This document shows positions 34,157 to 35,041 of a DNA stretch of 35,041 nt, piece after piece. The DNA comes from Obrimoposthia wandeli. Taxonomy: Eukaryota. Position 1 is the first letter of the stretch. The number at the start of each line of letters is the position of its first letter. The notes under the pieces are model-generated. The model saw nothing but the letters and a program-made list of their open reading frames with translations, was not told the DNA's origin and searched no databases. Location of the stretch: contig CDROCS010002597.1 in NCBI GenBank assembly GCA_977020255.1, positions 372,001-407,041 of the forward strand. The letters run 5' to 3'. The translations under genes and the position numbers were made by a program.

Positions 34157-35041
34157 AAATACTCCTCTAAACGCCTTTTAAGGTTATATTTTCTGATACC
34201 TCCTAAACACTCCTGCTAAACCCCTTCTTAACCCTTCAAATCTATAATCTTTCTTCTGAAACCTCTTGAACGCTTTTTCAATTTGTCTTTTATAATTATT
34301 TAGCTGCATATGAGAGTGGGGTTAGTGAACGAGTGCAACAACAACGCATTAGTTCAATTAATAACCAGCTCTATACCGCAAATATGAGTAAGATCGCATT
34401 GAGTAGCAATGACGATAAGAGAAAATGGGTAGAGAAAAACCGGTCAGTTGTCTACGGACATCACAGATATCCAGATGTTTTTTCACTTGAATAATTGTTT
34501 TTGTATGTTTGAATTTATATGTCACAAATTTATTGTACCTAATTTTTCTCTTTGGTTTAATAAATATTTGTATCCAATTCGTCTTTGTCTTTTCCTAAGT
34601 TTAAAATTTTAAGTCTAAAGTATAAAAATTCTGTGTAAAATTTTAATTCTAAAGTATAAAAGTTCTGTGTAAAATTATATTTTTAAACTATAAAAATTTT
34701 ATAAACAATTTTATTTTCTGTTAAAATTTTTTTTTGAATTTTTTTGAATTTTTTTTAAAAGCCATTTTGAAAATTTTAAATTTGGCACAAAAAAATGCGT
34801 CTTATTCAAATAAATAATTTTTTTGTAGTTATTTTCACGCCTGGAGATTGAGAATAAAGCAAGCCCCGAAGGGGCGGGCGTTGTTTTTGGGGCTGGGGTG
34901 TGACACGTGTCGTCTACATGTGTAGTTGCCATGGTGAGAGGTAGATGGGTAAAGTGATTGAAAAAAGTACTGTAGTTATTTTCGTGAGAATAGAGCTCGT
35001 CCCGAAGGGGCGGGCTGTGGGCGGCGGTGTGTTCGATGAGT
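34157..35041. repeat. Inverted arm: reverse complement of 30270-30413 fused to reverse complement of ~27520-28241
   Basis: 34157-34300 matches 30270-30413. From 34294 the sequence matches 28241 downward, including the last ~64 pPolB codons (34301-34494, +) and the GC hairpins at 34863 and 34995. Runs off the window end. Confidence 0.85.

Overview
AT-rich eukaryotic window, probably from a ciliated animal (spliceosomal introns, a CFAP107 gene); the species cannot be called. Host genes: COA4 (minus strand, single exon) and a three-exon CFAP107/C1orf158 whose second intron is 7.35 kb and full of transposon debris. There is also an intronless dual-specificity-phosphatase-fold gene lacking its catalytic residues. 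The first 5 kb is the most unusual part. It has a coiled-coil ORF and an intact intronless DEDDh 3'-5' exonuclease on the + strand. These are followed on the - strand by two intact-looking type I hammerhead ribozymes that bracket a 1,749-nt cassette of nested hairpins plus a 74-bp satellite. A third, decayed hammerhead of the same family lies at 15.2 kb. This resembles Penelope/Terminon/retrozyme architecture, but no matching reverse transcriptase is visible in the window. The rest holds Maverick/Polinton pieces (integrase, packaging ATPase, pPolB C-terminus, two AGTAG-type termini, a G-rich 21-mer array, and an inverted arm with an apparent microhomology deletion) and Gypsy-like, hAT, LINE and Tc1 remnants. 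All family assignments come from motif recognition by eye; no searches were run.
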